Assembly: GCA_963770495.1 (NCBI GenBank)
Contig: CAVYQA010000015.1
Coordinates: forward strand, 43,914-107,913
Origin: Chitinophagales bacterium
Lineage (GTDB): Bacteria; Bacteroidota; Bacteroidia; Chitinophagales; CAVYQA01
Length of the DNA stretch: 64,000 nucleotides
Direction: 5' to 3'
Numbering within the stretch: the stretch's first letter is position 1; the number at the start of each line of letters is the position of its first letter. The position numbers were made by a program, and so were the translations under genes. Below the pieces are notes generated by a model. That model saw only the letters and a list, made by a program, of their open reading frames with translations, made no database searches and had not been told where the DNA came from. Shown one piece after another: positions 1-11,308 of this stretch.

Positions 1-353
1 TCAGTAGGATGAACACCATAAATTAGTATTGGCTGGTAACCGGGTTTAGAAATGGTGTATTTATAAATACCAGGCGTAAAAGTAATGGCAAAGTGCCCCG
101 AATCATCATTCGTGAAATAGATAGCGCTGTCATTTGTTACTTCATTCCAGCTTTTTATTTCAACCTTGCCAATATGCGTTTTTAAAATTTTTGATGATGA
201 ATCTAAAATAATACAACCCCGAAACTGTCCTGCATGAGCACTATCATACAATACTTTAATAATGCGGCTTATATAAAAATAATGGCTATTGCGTTGAGAA
301 AAACAATGAGACGAAGCAAAAAATAATAAGATAAGGAGAATATATTTTTTCAT
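1..353 (-). CDS. Secreted hypothetical protein, runs off the window edge (possible carboxypeptidase-regulatory-like Ig fold)
   Basis: Manual translation from ATG at 353: MKKYILLILLFFASSHCFSQRN...DDSGHFAITFTPGIYKYTISKPGYQPILI, open to position 1. Signal-peptide-like N-terminus. Not in the ORF track. Confidence 0.6.
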   Translation of the reverse strand, partial: MKKYILLILLFFASSHCFSQRNSHYFYISRIIKVLYDSAHAGQFRGCIILDSSSKILKTHIGKVEIKSWNEVTNDSAIYFTNDDSGHFAITFTPGIYKYTISKPGYQPILIYGVHPT

Positions 354-363
354 TAAATAGTTG

Positions 364-1398
364 TTATTGATTTGTGTAAACAATTAACTTATCTCTTCCA
401 ATTTTATCAGTGCTAAATTTTTTATCAGCAATGACGGGCGCTTTAATTCCCGTTTGTAAATTACCGGCTGAAATAAATACACGTGCCTCGTCCCATAATC
501 CGTTGTCAATAAATAACTGCAATGTTTTAGCGCCGCCTTCCACAAGCACCGATTGAATGTTTCTGTTGTATAGTGAAGATAAAACATTTTTTGCTGTTTC
601 TGTTCCAAAGCCAATTTTGATGAGTTCGATATTTTCTTTTTTCTTATTAACCAGTTCATTATAAACAATAGTAGGAACGGTATTATCAAACAGATGAAGA
701 TGTTTAAGCAATTCAAGTTTTCGGTCAATAACAATGCGGATGGGGTTATTGCCTTTCCATTCACGTACTGTAAGCTGCGGGTTATCATTCAATGCTGTGT
801 TGTACCCTACCAAAATGCTTTGCTCTTCACTTCGCCATTTGTGAACGAGTTGTTGTGAAAGTTTACCGCTTATTTGCAAGCGTTTTCTATCATTAGGCGC
901 AATGAAACCATCAAACGTTTGCGCCCATTTTAATATAATGTATGGTCTTTTTTTCTTGTAGAAAGTTATGAAGCGTTTGTTTAATTCAGAACACTTCTCT
1001 TTTAAAAGACCAATGGTAACATGGACTCCTGCGGATTTTAACTTTTCAATTCCTTTACCGGATACAAGGGGGTTAGGGTCGCTGATGCCGATAACAACAC
1101 GTGGAATCTTTTTAGAAATAATTAAATCGGCACAGGGAGGAGTTTTACCAAAATGAGAACAGGGTTCAAGATTTACAAATAATACAGACTCATTTAGCAA
1201 ATGTTGTTTTTCAGACAGAATAGAATTTATGGCATTAACTTCGGCATGAGGCTCGCCAAACTTTTTGTGAAATCCTTCGCCGATTATTTCATTGTTATGT
1301 ACTATTACACACCCTACCATCGGATTGGGAGCTACGTTGCCCGCACCAAGTTTTGCAAGGTCGAGGCAGCGCCGCATATATTTTTCGTTAACAGTCAC
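364..1398 (-). CDS. ribD: Bifunctional riboflavin deaminase/reductase RibD
   Basis: PNPMVGCVIV, HAE and LEPCSH-GKTPPC zinc deaminase motifs; reductase motifs LVEGG and DEARVF. Confidence 0.97.
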   Translation of the reverse strand: MTVNEKYMRRCLDLAKLGAGNVAPNPMVGCVIVHNNEIIGEGFHKKFGEPHAEVNAINSILSEKQHLLNESVLFVNLEPCSHFGKTPPCADLIISKKIPRVVIGISDPNPLVSGKGIEKLKSAGVHVTIGLLKEKCSELNKRFITFYKKKRPYIILKWAQTFDGFIAPNDRKRLQISGKLSQQLVHKWRSEEQSILVGYNTALNDNPQLTVREWKGNNPIRIVIDRKLELLKHLHLFDNTVPTIVYNELVNKKKENIELIKIGFGTETAKNVLSSLYNRNIQSVLVEGGAKTLQLFIDNGLWDEARVFISAGNLQTGIKAPVIADKKFSTDKIGRDKLIVYTNQ

Positions 1399-1481
1399 AG
1401 GTATTTTATAAATTTCGCAGAAATTTCAACTAATAAATTCATTAACCGCAGTTAAGTTTTTCAGTTCAAAATTACGACCCA

Positions 1482-3383
1482 ATGATAAAGAAAATAAGTA
1501 ACATGGATGAATACAGGAAGGCGTATGAGGAAAGTATTGCCAATCCCGATAAATTTTGGGGTGAAATAGCTGATGAATTTATATGGAGAAAGAAGTGGGA
1601 TAAGGTAAGCAGTGGCGGCTATGAAAATGTAGATTATAAATGGTTTGAAGGTGGAGTGTTAAACATTACAGAAAATTGCCTTGATAGAAACGCTGAGAAA
1701 CATCCCGAAAAAGTGGCTTTTATTTGGGAGCCGAATGACCCCGAAGAGGAAGAATTGTATATAACTTATCGCGCATTACTTGAACAGGTTTGCCGCTTTG
1801 CCAATGTATTGAAGAAGCAAGGCGTGAAAAAAGGAGATACGGTTATCATTTATATGCCTATGATACCTGAATTGCCTGTTGCTATGTTGGGTTGCGCACG
1901 AATAGGGGCAATTCACTCCGTGGTGTTCGGAGGATTTTCTGCGCAATCATTGGCGGATAGAATTGAAGATACTGAAGCGAAAATTGTAATTACGGCTGAT
2001 GGCGTTATGCGCGGTGCACGGCAACTGCTGCTAAAAAATATTGTTGATGAGGCATTGGCAATGAGTTCATCCGTTAAAAAACTCATTATGGTGAACAGGC
2101 AGAATTTTCCTGTGAATTTTGAAAGCGGGAGAGATATGTGGTGGCATGAGTTGATGAAAGATGTCTCTACTGATTGTCTTGCAGAACCGGTTGATGCCGA
2201 ACACCCGTTGTATATTCTTTATACATCAGGCTCAACAGGTAAACCCAAAGGCGTGGTGCATACTACGGCGGGGTATATGGTATATGCGGCGTACTCATTT
2301 TTAAATGTATTTCAGTATTCTGAAAATGACATCTATTGGTGTACAGCAGATATTGGCTGGGTTACAGGACACACCTACATTGTGTATGGACCGCTATTGA
2401 GCGGAGCGACAACTGTACTTTATGAAGGAACGCCGCTATATCCCGACTGGGGGCGTTTTTGGGATGTTGTGCAAAAATATAAAGTTAATATTTTTTATAC
2501 CGCGCCGACAGCAATACGCTCACTGGAAGCACAAGGTACAAAATGGCTTGAGGGAAAAGATTTGAGCTCGTTGAAAGTTCTTGGCACGGTTGGTGAACCG
2601 ATAAATGATGTGGCATGGGAATGGTATCATAAAAATGTGGGCAACGGCAAATGCCCTATTGTAGATACGTGGTGGCAAACGGAAACAGGGGGAATACTTA
2701 TTTCGCCTCTGGCAGGTATAACTGAACTGAAACCGTGTTATGCTACGCTGCCATTGCCGGGAGTTCAGCCCGTAATTGTAGACACCCATGGGAATGAAAT
2801 TACCGAAACGGTAGCGCAGGGCAACCTGTGCATAAAGCAGCCGTGGCCGGGGCAGGCAAGAACGGTTTATAAAGACCATGAACGCTTTAAGCAAAATTAT
2901 TTCAGCACTTACAAGAATCTTTATTTTACAGGAGACGGCTGTCGCCGCGATTATGATGGCTATTACCGTATAACAGGGCGTGTGGATGACGTGATAAATG
3001 TGAGCGGGCACCGCATAGGAACGGCGGAAGTGGAAAATGCCATTAATGAGCACCCGCTTGTATTTGAAAGCGCTGTGGTTGGTTTTCCTCATCCCATAAA
3101 AGGAGAGGGGTTGTTTGCCTTTGTAACCTGCGCGCCGCTTACTATCCCTGAGGCGCAACTTGACAAAGAGATATTGGAATATGTTTCAAAATTCATCGGC
3201 TCATTTGCAAAGCCGGATAAAATAATGCTGGTTAGCGGCTTACCCAAGACACGCTCGGGCAAAATTATGAGGCGCATTCTCCGCAAAATCGCCTGCAATG
3301 AAGTTGACCAGATAGGGGATACCACTACCTTGCTAAACCCTGATGTGGTAGATGAAATGGTGGGGAAAATGAAAAAGGAATAA
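1482..3383 (+). CDS. acs: Acetyl-CoA synthetase
   Basis: YTSGSTGKPKG AMP-binding loop, DTWWQTETG, YFTGDG, GRVDDV, and the LPKTRSGKIMRR acetylation-site lysine; 633 aa. Confidence 0.97.
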   Translation: MIKKISNMDEYRKAYEESIANPDKFWGEIADEFIWRKKWDKVSSGGYENVDYKWFEGGVLNITENCLDRNAEKHPEKVAFIWEPNDPEEEELYITYRALLEQVCRFANVLKKQGVKKGDTVIIYMPMIPELPVAMLGCARIGAIHSVVFGGFSAQSLADRIEDTEAKIVITADGVMRGARQLLLKNIVDEALAMSSSVKKLIMVNRQNFPVNFESGRDMWWHELMKDVSTDCLAEPVDAEHPLYILYTSGSTGKPKGVVHTTAGYMVYAAYSFLNVFQYSENDIYWCTADIGWVTGHTYIVYGPLLSGATTVLYEGTPLYPDWGRFWDVVQKYKVNIFYTAPTAIRSLEAQGTKWLEGKDLSSLKVLGTVGEPINDVAWEWYHKNVGNGKCPIVDTWWQTETGGILISPLAGITELKPCYATLPLPGVQPVIVDTHGNEITETVAQGNLCIKQPWPGQARTVYKDHERFKQNYFSTYKNLYFTGDGCRRDYDGYYRITGRVDDVINVSGHRIGTAEVENAINEHPLVFESAVVGFPHPIKGEGLFAFVTCAPLTIPEAQLDKEILEYVSKFIGSFAKPDKIMLVSGLPKTRSGKIMRRILRKIACNEVDQIGDTTTLLNPDVVDEMVGKMKKE

Positions 3384-3428
3384 TTGAGATTAGATAAAAA
3401 AGAATTATTGAGCAACCGGTTTATAAAC

Positions 3429-3860
3429 CTAAAGCATCATTTTTCTTTCTAAGATAGCATTTGTAATTCTGCTGATACAGGTTAAGCGATTTTCTTCATC
3501 GTAAATTTTTATTTCCCATACCTGTGTTGAACGTCCAAGATGTATGGGGCTTGTAATACCATAAACATATCCGCTATTCACCGCACGAATGTGATTAGCA
3601 TTTATTTCAAGCCCAAGGCAGGTTTGCTTTTCCCTGTCGATGCACATGGCAGATGAAATGCTGCCTATTGTTTCAGCTAAAACAACACTGGCTCCGCCAT
3701 GCAATAATCCCAACGCCTGCTTGGTTTTTTCATTAACAGGCATACGGGCTTTTATATAATCGTCGCCTACTTCAAGAAATTCAATGCCAATAAATTCAGG
3801 CATTGTATTTTTATGCATGGCTTTTAATTCATCGAGGGTGAAAGCTTTTTTCCAGATCAT
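3429..3860 (-). CDS. Hotdog-fold thioesterase (PaaI/YdiI-MenI family)
   Basis: QALGLLHGGASVVLAET and GLEINANHIR motifs; 143 aa. Confidence 0.9.
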   Translation of the reverse strand: MIWKKAFTLDELKAMHKNTMPEFIGIEFLEVGDDYIKARMPVNEKTKQALGLLHGGASVVLAETIGSISSAMCIDREKQTCLGLEINANHIRAVNSGYVYGITSPIHLGRSTQVWEIKIYDEENRLTCISRITNAILERKMML

Positions 3861-5038
3861 ATGATTTGTAACAAAAATCCTTTTAAATAATTTGTTTCAT
3901 TTACCTCCCATAAAACAGGATGGTCTTTCGATTGTTGCAGGAACTGTATCTGCCGTATGGTACGCCGCGCATCTTTAGCGGAATCTTCTATCACATCAAA
4001 AAAAGTAGCAGTATCCAGAAAGTGGGAACAGGAAAATGTTTGCAGGAAACCCCCGCTTTTCAGCAATTTCATAGCCCGCAAATTTATTTCTTTATAGCCG
4101 GTTATGGCGCGGTCGAGGGTGCTGCGGCTTTTAGTAAATGCAGGCGGGTCGAGTATTACCACATCAAATTTTTTCTTTTCGCTATCCAGTTGTTTTAGCA
4201 CATCAAAACTATTAGCCGCATTAAAATTGCAAACACTATCTAATTCATTTAACACCGCATTTTCATTAGCAAGAATTACCGCTTCCTCCGAGGCATCAAA
4301 TGCTGTAACGCTTTTTGCACCGTAATGAGCGGCGTGAATGCCGAATGACCCTGAATAACAAAAGCAATCGAGCACATCGGCTTTTTTGCAAATATTTTCA
4401 AGAGCAAGACGATTATCTTTCTGGTCGAGAAAATAACCTGTCTTTTGCCCGTTATCTATATCTACAAAAAAGGTTAAACCATTTTCCGTGATTTTAATTT
4501 TCGTTTCGCTCTTTCCGTATAAAAATCCTTTTGATTGTGCCAATCCTTCCAATTCGCGCACAGGCACGTCATTACGCTCGTAAATACATTTTGGAGAAAG
4601 AATAATTTTCAATGCATCAACAATAGCGGTTTTCCATACTTCTATACCAAGAGCCATTATTTGCAGCACAATTACATCGTCAAATTTATCTACAACCAAA
4701 CCGGGTAAAAAATCCGCCTCGCTAAATACAATGCGGCAATTCTTGTCGAATCCAAGTTTTTTTCTGAGATTCCAAGCATCATTTATTTTGTTGTGGAAAA
4801 ACTCCGCATCAATTTGTTCTCTTTCATTTCTGGTTAAAATACGAACGGTAATTTGTGATTTGGGATTGAAATAACCTCGTCCTATAAAACGCATACGACT
4901 GTCGAAAACATCGCAGCAATCTCCCGGGTTTAATTCACTGTCTATGGTTTCCAATTCATTTTTAAACACCCAGGGATGTCCATTGTGCACACGGGGACTG
5001 ATAGTTCTTCTAAGAATAACTTTATGATAAGAAGGCAT
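3857..5038 (-). CDS. rlmI: Class I SAM-dependent rRNA methyltransferase (RlmI/YwbD family)
   Basis: N-terminal PUA-like GHPWVF, GQKTGYFLDQ, VLDCFCYSGSFG and LDPPAF motifs. Start placed at MPSYHK (5038) to avoid overlapping the upstream gene. Confidence 0.88.
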   Translation of the reverse strand: MPSYHKVILRRTISPRVHNGHPWVFKNELETIDSELNPGDCCDVFDSRMRFIGRGYFNPKSQITVRILTRNEREQIDAEFFHNKINDAWNLRKKLGFDKNCRIVFSEADFLPGLVVDKFDDVIVLQIMALGIEVWKTAIVDALKIILSPKCIYERNDVPVRELEGLAQSKGFLYGKSETKIKITENGLTFFVDIDNGQKTGYFLDQKDNRLALENICKKADVLDCFCYSGSFGIHAAHYGAKSVTAFDASEEAVILANENAVLNELDSVCNFNAANSFDVLKQLDSEKKKFDVVILDPPAFTKSRSTLDRAITGYKEINLRAMKLLKSGGFLQTFSCSHFLDTATFFDVIEDSAKDARRTIRQIQFLQQSKDHPVLWEVNETNYLKGFLLQII

Positions 5039-5042
5039 AAGT

Positions 5043-6839
5043 TTAGTTAACACTGTTTTGCACGTGGAGCATACGATGGCGAATGGCTTCGATACTGCCT
5101 TTGGGAATAGCTTGTATCAATCGTTTCGTATAATCTTTCTGCGGGTTATTGTAAATTTCATCGGAAGCTCCCATCTCTTCAATCTTTCCCTGGTTCATTA
5201 CCACCATACGGTCGCTCATAAATTTTACTACCGACAGGTCGTGTGAAATAAAAATGTAGGTAAACTTAAATTCATCGCGTAAATGAATAAGAAGATTCAA
5301 AACCTGCGCCTGAACCGAAACATCGAGCGCTGATACAGATTCATCGCAAATAATAAATTTAGGATTGAGCGCTAAAGCACGGGCAATACAAATGCGCTGA
5401 CGCTGTCCGCCACTGAACTCATGCGGGTAACGATTGAAATGTTCTGCCTTCATATTTACTTTCTCAAGTAATTCAATCACTTTGTCTTTTCGTTCTTTGT
5501 CAGATGACCAGATGTGATGCACCTTCATTGGCTCTATAATAGCACTGCCAACGGTAAGGCGCGGGTTGAGCGATGAATAAGGATCCTGGAAAATAATTTG
5601 CATGTGCTTGCGGAACGGCATCATTTCATTGTGCGATAATGAGGTCAGGTTTTTGTCTTCAAAAATTATTTCACCGTCTGTTGGCTCTATTAATCGCAAA
5701 ATAGTTCTTCCCAGCGTTGTTTTACCACAACCGGATTCACCAACTAATCCGAGTGTTTCACCGGGGTAAACATCAAACGTTACATCATCCACTGCTTTTA
5801 TATAACCGAGCGGTTTACCGAAAATATTTTTCTTAGAGGGAAAATGTGTGCTTATGTTTTTTAATTGTAAAAGCGGTGGTTGTTTTAGAAGACTTTCGCG
5901 TCGTGCATCTGTGGTGCTTTTACTTACTTCATTGGCATGAATTGATTGTTCAACCGTTGTTTTAAACTCTATCAACTGCCCGTTTTCTTCTTTCATAAAA
6001 TCTGCAATGACAGGCAAGCGTTTTAGACGTATATTTAACGGAGGGCGACAGGCTAAAAGCCCTTTCGTATAGGGATGCTGAGGGTTTTGAAAAATATCGA
6101 GAACAGAGCCCTGCTCCACAATTTTGCCTTTGTACATCACCAGCACACGGTCGGCTATTTCACCAACCACTCCAAGATCGTGGGTAATCAACAGCATTGA
6201 CATGCCTGTGTCATTTCGCAATTGGCGCATCAAATCTAAAATAGCAGACTGAACTGTAACATCCAATGCAGTGGTTGGCTCATCGGCAATAAGCACGGAT
6301 GGGTTGCAACTCATAGCCATTGCAATCATTACACGTTGTTTTTGACCGCCGGAAAGCTGGTGAGGATAAGCTTTCAGAACTCTTAACGGGTCAGGTAATT
6401 TTACCTGTTCAAATAAATTAAGAGTTATATCGCGGGCATCTTTTTTATTTTTCTTTTGATGTAATAAAATAGCTTCCATCACCTGGTCGCCGCAGGTAAA
6501 CACCGGGTTTAACGATGTCATCGGCTCCTGGAAAATCATGGCTATTTCATTGCCGCGATATTGGCGCATTTCATTTTCAGGCAATTTCAATAAATCAACC
6601 GGTGAAGTATTTTCTTTAGTAAAAACAATTTCACCGCTTGTAATTTTCCCCGGAGGATCGGGTACTAAGCGCATAATGGAAAGAGACGTGACTGATTTAC
6701 CTGAACCCGATTCGCCCACAATGCCGAGCGATTCACCTTTGTTCAGTGAAAAACTGATATGGTCGGCAGCCACAATATGACTGTCTTCCGTACGGAATTC
6801 GGTAGTTAAATTTTTAACTTCAAGAAGAGGTGTATTCAC
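5043..6839 (-). CDS. Fused two-domain peptide/nickel-type ABC ATP-binding protein
   Basis: Two Walker A motifs (GESGSGKS, GESGCGKT), two signatures (LSGGQKQR, FSGGQRQR), HPYT oligopeptide C-terminal motif. Confidence 0.93.
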   Translation of the reverse strand: MNTPLLEVKNLTTEFRTEDSHIVAADHISFSLNKGESLGIVGESGSGKSVTSLSIMRLVPDPPGKITSGEIVFTKENTSPVDLLKLPENEMRQYRGNEIAMIFQEPMTSLNPVFTCGDQVMEAILLHQKKNKKDARDITLNLFEQVKLPDPLRVLKAYPHQLSGGQKQRVMIAMAMSCNPSVLIADEPTTALDVTVQSAILDLMRQLRNDTGMSMLLITHDLGVVGEIADRVLVMYKGKIVEQGSVLDIFQNPQHPYTKGLLACRPPLNIRLKRLPVIADFMKEENGQLIEFKTTVEQSIHANEVSKSTTDARRESLLKQPPLLQLKNISTHFPSKKNIFGKPLGYIKAVDDVTFDVYPGETLGLVGESGCGKTTLGRTILRLIEPTDGEIIFEDKNLTSLSHNEMMPFRKHMQIIFQDPYSSLNPRLTVGSAIIEPMKVHHIWSSDKERKDKVIELLEKVNMKAEHFNRYPHEFSGGQRQRICIARALALNPKFIICDESVSALDVSVQAQVLNLLIHLRDEFKFTYIFISHDLSVVKFMSDRMVVMNQGKIEEMGASDEIYNNPQKDYTKRLIQAIPKGSIEAIRHRMLHVQNSVN

Positions 6840-6880
6840 AAATAAGCTTTATTACGATTGCAATTTACATTCTATTTTAG

Positions 6881-6888
6881 TATCTTTG
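6881..6888 (+). promoter_or_regulatory. Bacteroidota sigma70 -7 box of the TA operon
   Basis: TATCTTTG matches TAnnTTTG, 4 nt before ATG 6893. Confidence 0.7.
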
Positions 6889-6892
6889 AAAA

Positions 6893-7135
6893 ATGATTAA
6901 TGTAAAGAATTATATAAGCATTGATAAGGAGGTTCTTGGGGGACAACCGGTATTTAAAGGAACCCGTGTTCCTGTTGAATCGCTATTCTGGCATTTAGAG
7001 AAAGGAATTTCTATTGATAAATTTTTGGATGATTTTCCCAGTGTTACGAAAGAGCAAGTGGTAGCAATATTAGAGATTGCCGGTAAGATAATGACATCCA
7101 AGGATATAGAAAAACTATATGCGACTGCTGCTTGA
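6893..7135 (+). CDS. DUF433 family antitoxin (VapB45-like)
   Basis: VLGGQPVFKGTRVPVESLF...FLDDFPSVTKEQV is the DUF433 pattern; overlaps the next gene. Confidence 0.9.
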   Translation: MINVKNYISIDKEVLGGQPVFKGTRVPVESLFWHLEKGISIDKFLDDFPSVTKEQVVAILEIAGKIMTSKDIEKLYATAA

Positions 7136-7439
7136 TGAAAACCTGCCTAAGCGACTAAAACAGGATTTTCCGGAATTTGAAATTTACACATTGCAAGATA
7201 ATGGATGGATAGGGAAATCGAATGGGGAATTGTTGCAATTAATGATTGAAAATAAGTTTGATGTTTTACTAACATTTGATAAAAACTTACAGTATCAACA
7301 AAATTTCGCAAAATATTCGGTTACTGTGCTTGTTATAAATGCGCCCGATAACAGTTATGAGGTTTTAAAAACACTTATACCTAAAATAAAACAAGTACTA
7401 TCACAACAACTTAAATCCGGACACATTGAGATAAAATAA
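7119..7439 (+). CDS. DUF5615 PIN-like toxin (VapC45-like)
   Basis: MRLLLDENLP start and VLLTFDKNL motif; 17-nt overlap with the DUF433 gene. Confidence 0.9.
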   Translation: MRLLLDENLPKRLKQDFPEFEIYTLQDNGWIGKSNGELLQLMIENKFDVLLTFDKNLQYQQNFAKYSVTVLVINAPDNSYEVLKTLIPKIKQVLSQQLKSGHIEIK

Positions 7440-7443
7440 ATCC

Positions 7444-8601
7444 TTATCCCTTCAACATAATCCTAAATGTTGTTCCTTTTCCGGGCGTAGATTCTTTTAC
7501 AAATATCTTTCCGTGGTGATAATTTTCAATAATACGCTTACTAAGTGTTAATCCCAATCCCCACCCGCGTTTTTTAGTGCTGTAACCGGGTTTGAAAACG
7601 GCATTAATATTGGCACGTGAAATTCCTTTGCCGGTGTCTGTAACATCAATAAAAACACGTTTATTTACACGCCCTATCTTCACATCAATGCTGCCTTTTC
7701 CTTCCGTGGCATCGAGTGCATTCTTCAATAAATTTTCTAGCACCCAATTAAAAAGGGTGATGTTAATGTGTGCAGTGATATTATTATCCGGGATTTGCTC
7801 AATATGAAATTCAACATTCTTCGATGCCCTTTTACGGATATAATCAACAGTTTTACTCACTTCTTCACCAATGTTCTCAACGGTGAGAGACGGGGCTGAG
7901 CCGATTTTGCTGAAGCGCTCTGCCACCAGTTCAAGCCGTGTGACATCTTTTTCCATTTCTTCAATCATTGGAATTTCGCTTTGTTGCACATGTGTTTTTA
8001 AATGTTCCACCCATCCGCTCATAGAAGAGAGAGGCGTGCCCAACTGGTGAGCAGTTTCTTTTGCCATACCCACCCAAACCCGATTTTGCTCGCTCCTGCG
8101 GGAGGCACTGAATGAATAATATGCCAATCCTATAAAAAGCATTATCACAGCTAACTGAACATAAGGAAAGATTTTGAGCTGGCTTAGCAGATAGGAGTCG
8201 CGGTAATAAATATAATTTTTAATGGTAGAAGTAATATCTATTTGAATTGGGGCGTGTTGTGATGCCATAATATTCAATTGCCGCCTTACATAGGTTGTAT
8301 CTTTAGCTGCACGCACTGAATCTATATTGCGATAGGCAACAATGTGCCCCTTATCATCGGTTAAGATGGCAGGAACGGTTTCATTATTTTTTATGATATC
8401 GAACATAAAACCGATATCGGTATTTTCCGATGAATTATTAAGTCGTTTAAAAACGTCTGCCCATAATTCTACTTTTTTCTTTTCATCAACTTCCAACCCT
8501 TTTGCAATATGATTGGTATAAAGCATTGAAGCGGCAACTATAACGGCGCCCGCTACAAGAAGCAGAATTTTCCAAAGCGATTTATTTTCGTAGATATTCA
8601 T
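7444..8601 (-). CDS. Membrane sensor histidine kinase (orphan)
   Basis: Two TM helices, H-box ETAHQLGTPLS, N-box ENLLKNALDA, G boxes DTGKGI and GWGLGL. Confidence 0.93.
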   Translation of the reverse strand: MNIYENKSLWKILLLVAGAVIVAASMLYTNHIAKGLEVDEKKKVELWADVFKRLNNSSENTDIGFMFDIIKNNETVPAILTDDKGHIVAYRNIDSVRAAKDTTYVRRQLNIMASQHAPIQIDITSTIKNYIYYRDSYLLSQLKIFPYVQLAVIMLFIGLAYYSFSASRRSEQNRVWVGMAKETAHQLGTPLSSMSGWVEHLKTHVQQSEIPMIEEMEKDVTRLELVAERFSKIGSAPSLTVENIGEEVSKTVDYIRKRASKNVEFHIEQIPDNNITAHINITLFNWVLENLLKNALDATEGKGSIDVKIGRVNKRVFIDVTDTGKGISRANINAVFKPGYSTKKRGWGLGLTLSKRIIENYHHGKIFVKESTPGKGTTFRIMLKG

Positions 8602-8633
8602 TCATTAATTTCAGCTAAAGATAAGACAGAACA

Positions 8634-11308
8634 TCAATTCGGAGGTGGTTGATTTTTATGAAACAGTTTATTTTTAAAATCCCGGAAGGCTTTTTTCTGT
8701 TTGTACCGTGTGCTGGTCGTATCCTGTTGCTGTGGCTGGGTTGTTGTTGTTGCAGGCGCAGTTGATTCTTTGCCAATAGTGTCGCTGAAATCAATAAATT
8801 GTTGCTGGTTATCCGGGGCTAGTCTTTGGCTTTATTTTGTTCCTGTTTTTGCTTGCTGAATTCATTATTTAATGCTGCCTTTACTTCTTTTTGTTGTTCT
8901 TTCAATCCTTCTTTTATTTTCTTTTTTACTGCCGTTTTATCATATTTTATATCCGGATTTGATGCCGGACCGGTCATAACAAGATAAAGATTGAGGGCAC
9001 CATTGACATCCTTTTCACTATTGACGGTGTTATAATTCGTTTTATGAAATTTATTTCCCAATAGCTCAAGCAAGTTAAGTTTTATGTTATAATTTACAAT
9101 ATTATCAAATGTTTGAGTGCCGCTAACATCAAGGTTAAGCGCGTTAGTATGAATGGTCATGTAGGGAATGTTAACCACGCGGTCTTTTATTTCTATATTA
9201 TTTTGCAATTCCGAGAAGTGAATATCCTTTAGCTCAGATAATTTTACAAAAGATGAAAGTGCATTCATAGGAGCATAATTAACCAGTTCACCGTTTTTAA
9301 TATCAACATCACTTATTACGTACAATTTACTATCATCAAATTTATAATTTACCCAAACGGCATGAACAAATAATTGCTTAGTGGTTAACTGCCCATGCAG
9401 ATTTTTATCTGTTATTTCATTTTGGTCAAAATTATCAAAAACATAAAACAGCCTGTTAATGTCTATATTATTGAGTTGTGAAGTGGTTTCAAGTATTATA
9501 TTGTTCAAATCGGCAGTGTTAAGTGTGCCATTACCCTGCACGTTCCCGTTTATGGCATCAAATGAAAAGGTGTTGAAGAAAATTTTATCAGGATGTATGT
9601 CAACAGTGCCGGTGAGATTTTTTGCATCGAATTTTTCATAGGCGAAAGCATTTATCTTAGCTGAAATAGTTCCCTCAAATGTATTTAGAAAGGAAGACAA
9701 AAAATGAATGGTATCATTTTTTTGTGATGAGGGATTTACCTCTAGGTCATTCCAATTTATATTATTTGCAGTGCAGGACAGATTAATCTCAACCCGTTGA
9801 GGTTTAGAGTTTATCCGGAAGGCATTAAAAATAGCTGAAACCGCATTTTTAATTGTTCCGTTAAATAATATATCCGTATTACCGGAAATTATCTTAAGAT
9901 TATTTACAGCCGTTTCATTATTGACTATCTTAAAATTTCCATCAATGTGATGAAGATGGTTGCGGTCGAAGACGATGGTTACATTCTTTATAATAATGTT
10001 ACCACCTGCATTAATACTGCTGATATCTGCTTTTTTAGATAGTTTGTCTAAGGGACCTTTGTAGTAGACATTGTCAAATTCCACGTTGCCATACATGTCT
10101 TTTACGAGGTTGAGATTAAAAAGCGGGTAAATATTTTTCAGGTTAACCATTGCATTAACCTGGATATCAACGTAAGGGCGATGAAAATTTTCAAGAATAA
10201 GGCTGCCTGTAATTGGTTGACCGTCTATGACTGCGTGCAATCCTTTTATTGTAAGCCTTGACTTGTGGAAATCAAGTGAAGAGTCTGTTACTAATTCGCC
10301 GCTGAATGAAATGTTCTTAAATTTTTTCCCGATATTATTATTTTTAAGCTCGCCCTTATTCACAACAAAATTTATGGATACACAAGGGTTAGAGGTTGAT
10401 GAACTATTACCTGTTACTTTACCCGACATGGTGAAATCGCCGTTGCTGTGATAGGCATAAATATATTTTGATTGATTCAAAGGCAGGAGGGAAGCTACTG
10501 AAACAAGGTTAAGGTTTTTGCCTAAAAACGACAAGTCAAGCGCCGTGTACTTGTTGAATGACTGAACAGTTCCAACTATATTAAACGCATTACCTTCTAT
10601 AATTGCAAGAGCGCGATTAATAATTAATTTTTCCGAAGAAGAATTATAATCCAATGAGGATTCTAATTTAACAGCCTTGTTGTTAAGGTAAGTTTCATTT
10701 CCAACAGAAATGTGATTGCAAAGGACATCAACATCAGTCGTAAATTGAAATTGGCTGCCGGTAATTGTTCCGGCAAGTGAGCCTTCTTTAGTATTAAATG
10801 CAATATAAATATGATTTTGAAGGTCGTTATAAGTTGTTGTGACATTGAATAATGTCAGTTTTTTAATATGGAAAGTGGTGCTGGTTTTATTTATTGTATC
10901 TGTTTTAAATATATCGAAATTACTTTTTCCGGTTTTGTCATAGATAAAATTCAATTCGCCATTTTTTACCGTAATACGGTGTATGGTATAATTCTTTTCA
11001 AATAAATTATAAATACTGAATAACAAATAAACGTCGTGTGCTTTAAGCAAATGAACACTGTCGTTATTAACTGAACCAGCGATGTCAACATCTTTAAAAG
11101 AAACCGTTGCATAAGGGAAATGTGAAAAAAGTGAAAAATCAATATCTCCGTTCACTTTTATTGGAACCGTTACCAGGGAATTGATTTCTGAAACTACTAT
11201 CTTTTTAATATTGGCGCCAATGATAATGCTTACAATTTCGCAGATAATTATCAAAGCGATTAGTATCAACCCCGTGATTTTTAAGAATTTCTGCAAGCGC
11301 TCCTTCAT
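8634..11308 (-). CDS. AsmA-family / AsmA-like C-terminal region protein
   Basis: N-terminal TM anchor, beta-taco-like repeats, SGTQTFDNIVNYNIKL...LYLVMTGPASNPDIKYD C-terminus. The track ORF stops at 8819, but another frame continues APDNQQQFIDFSD...KAFRDFKNKLFHK to 8634, so a missing base near 8820 is likely. Confidence 0.82.

Noticed and set aside
1399-1481. FMN riboswitch upstream of ribD
   Set aside because: The intergenic region is only 83 bp, is shared with acs, and lacks the RFN consensus.
5043-6839. Orphan ABC ATPase without permease or binding protein as a novel system
   Set aside because: Dispersed peptide-ABC components are common in Bacteroidota; partners are probably elsewhere in the genome.
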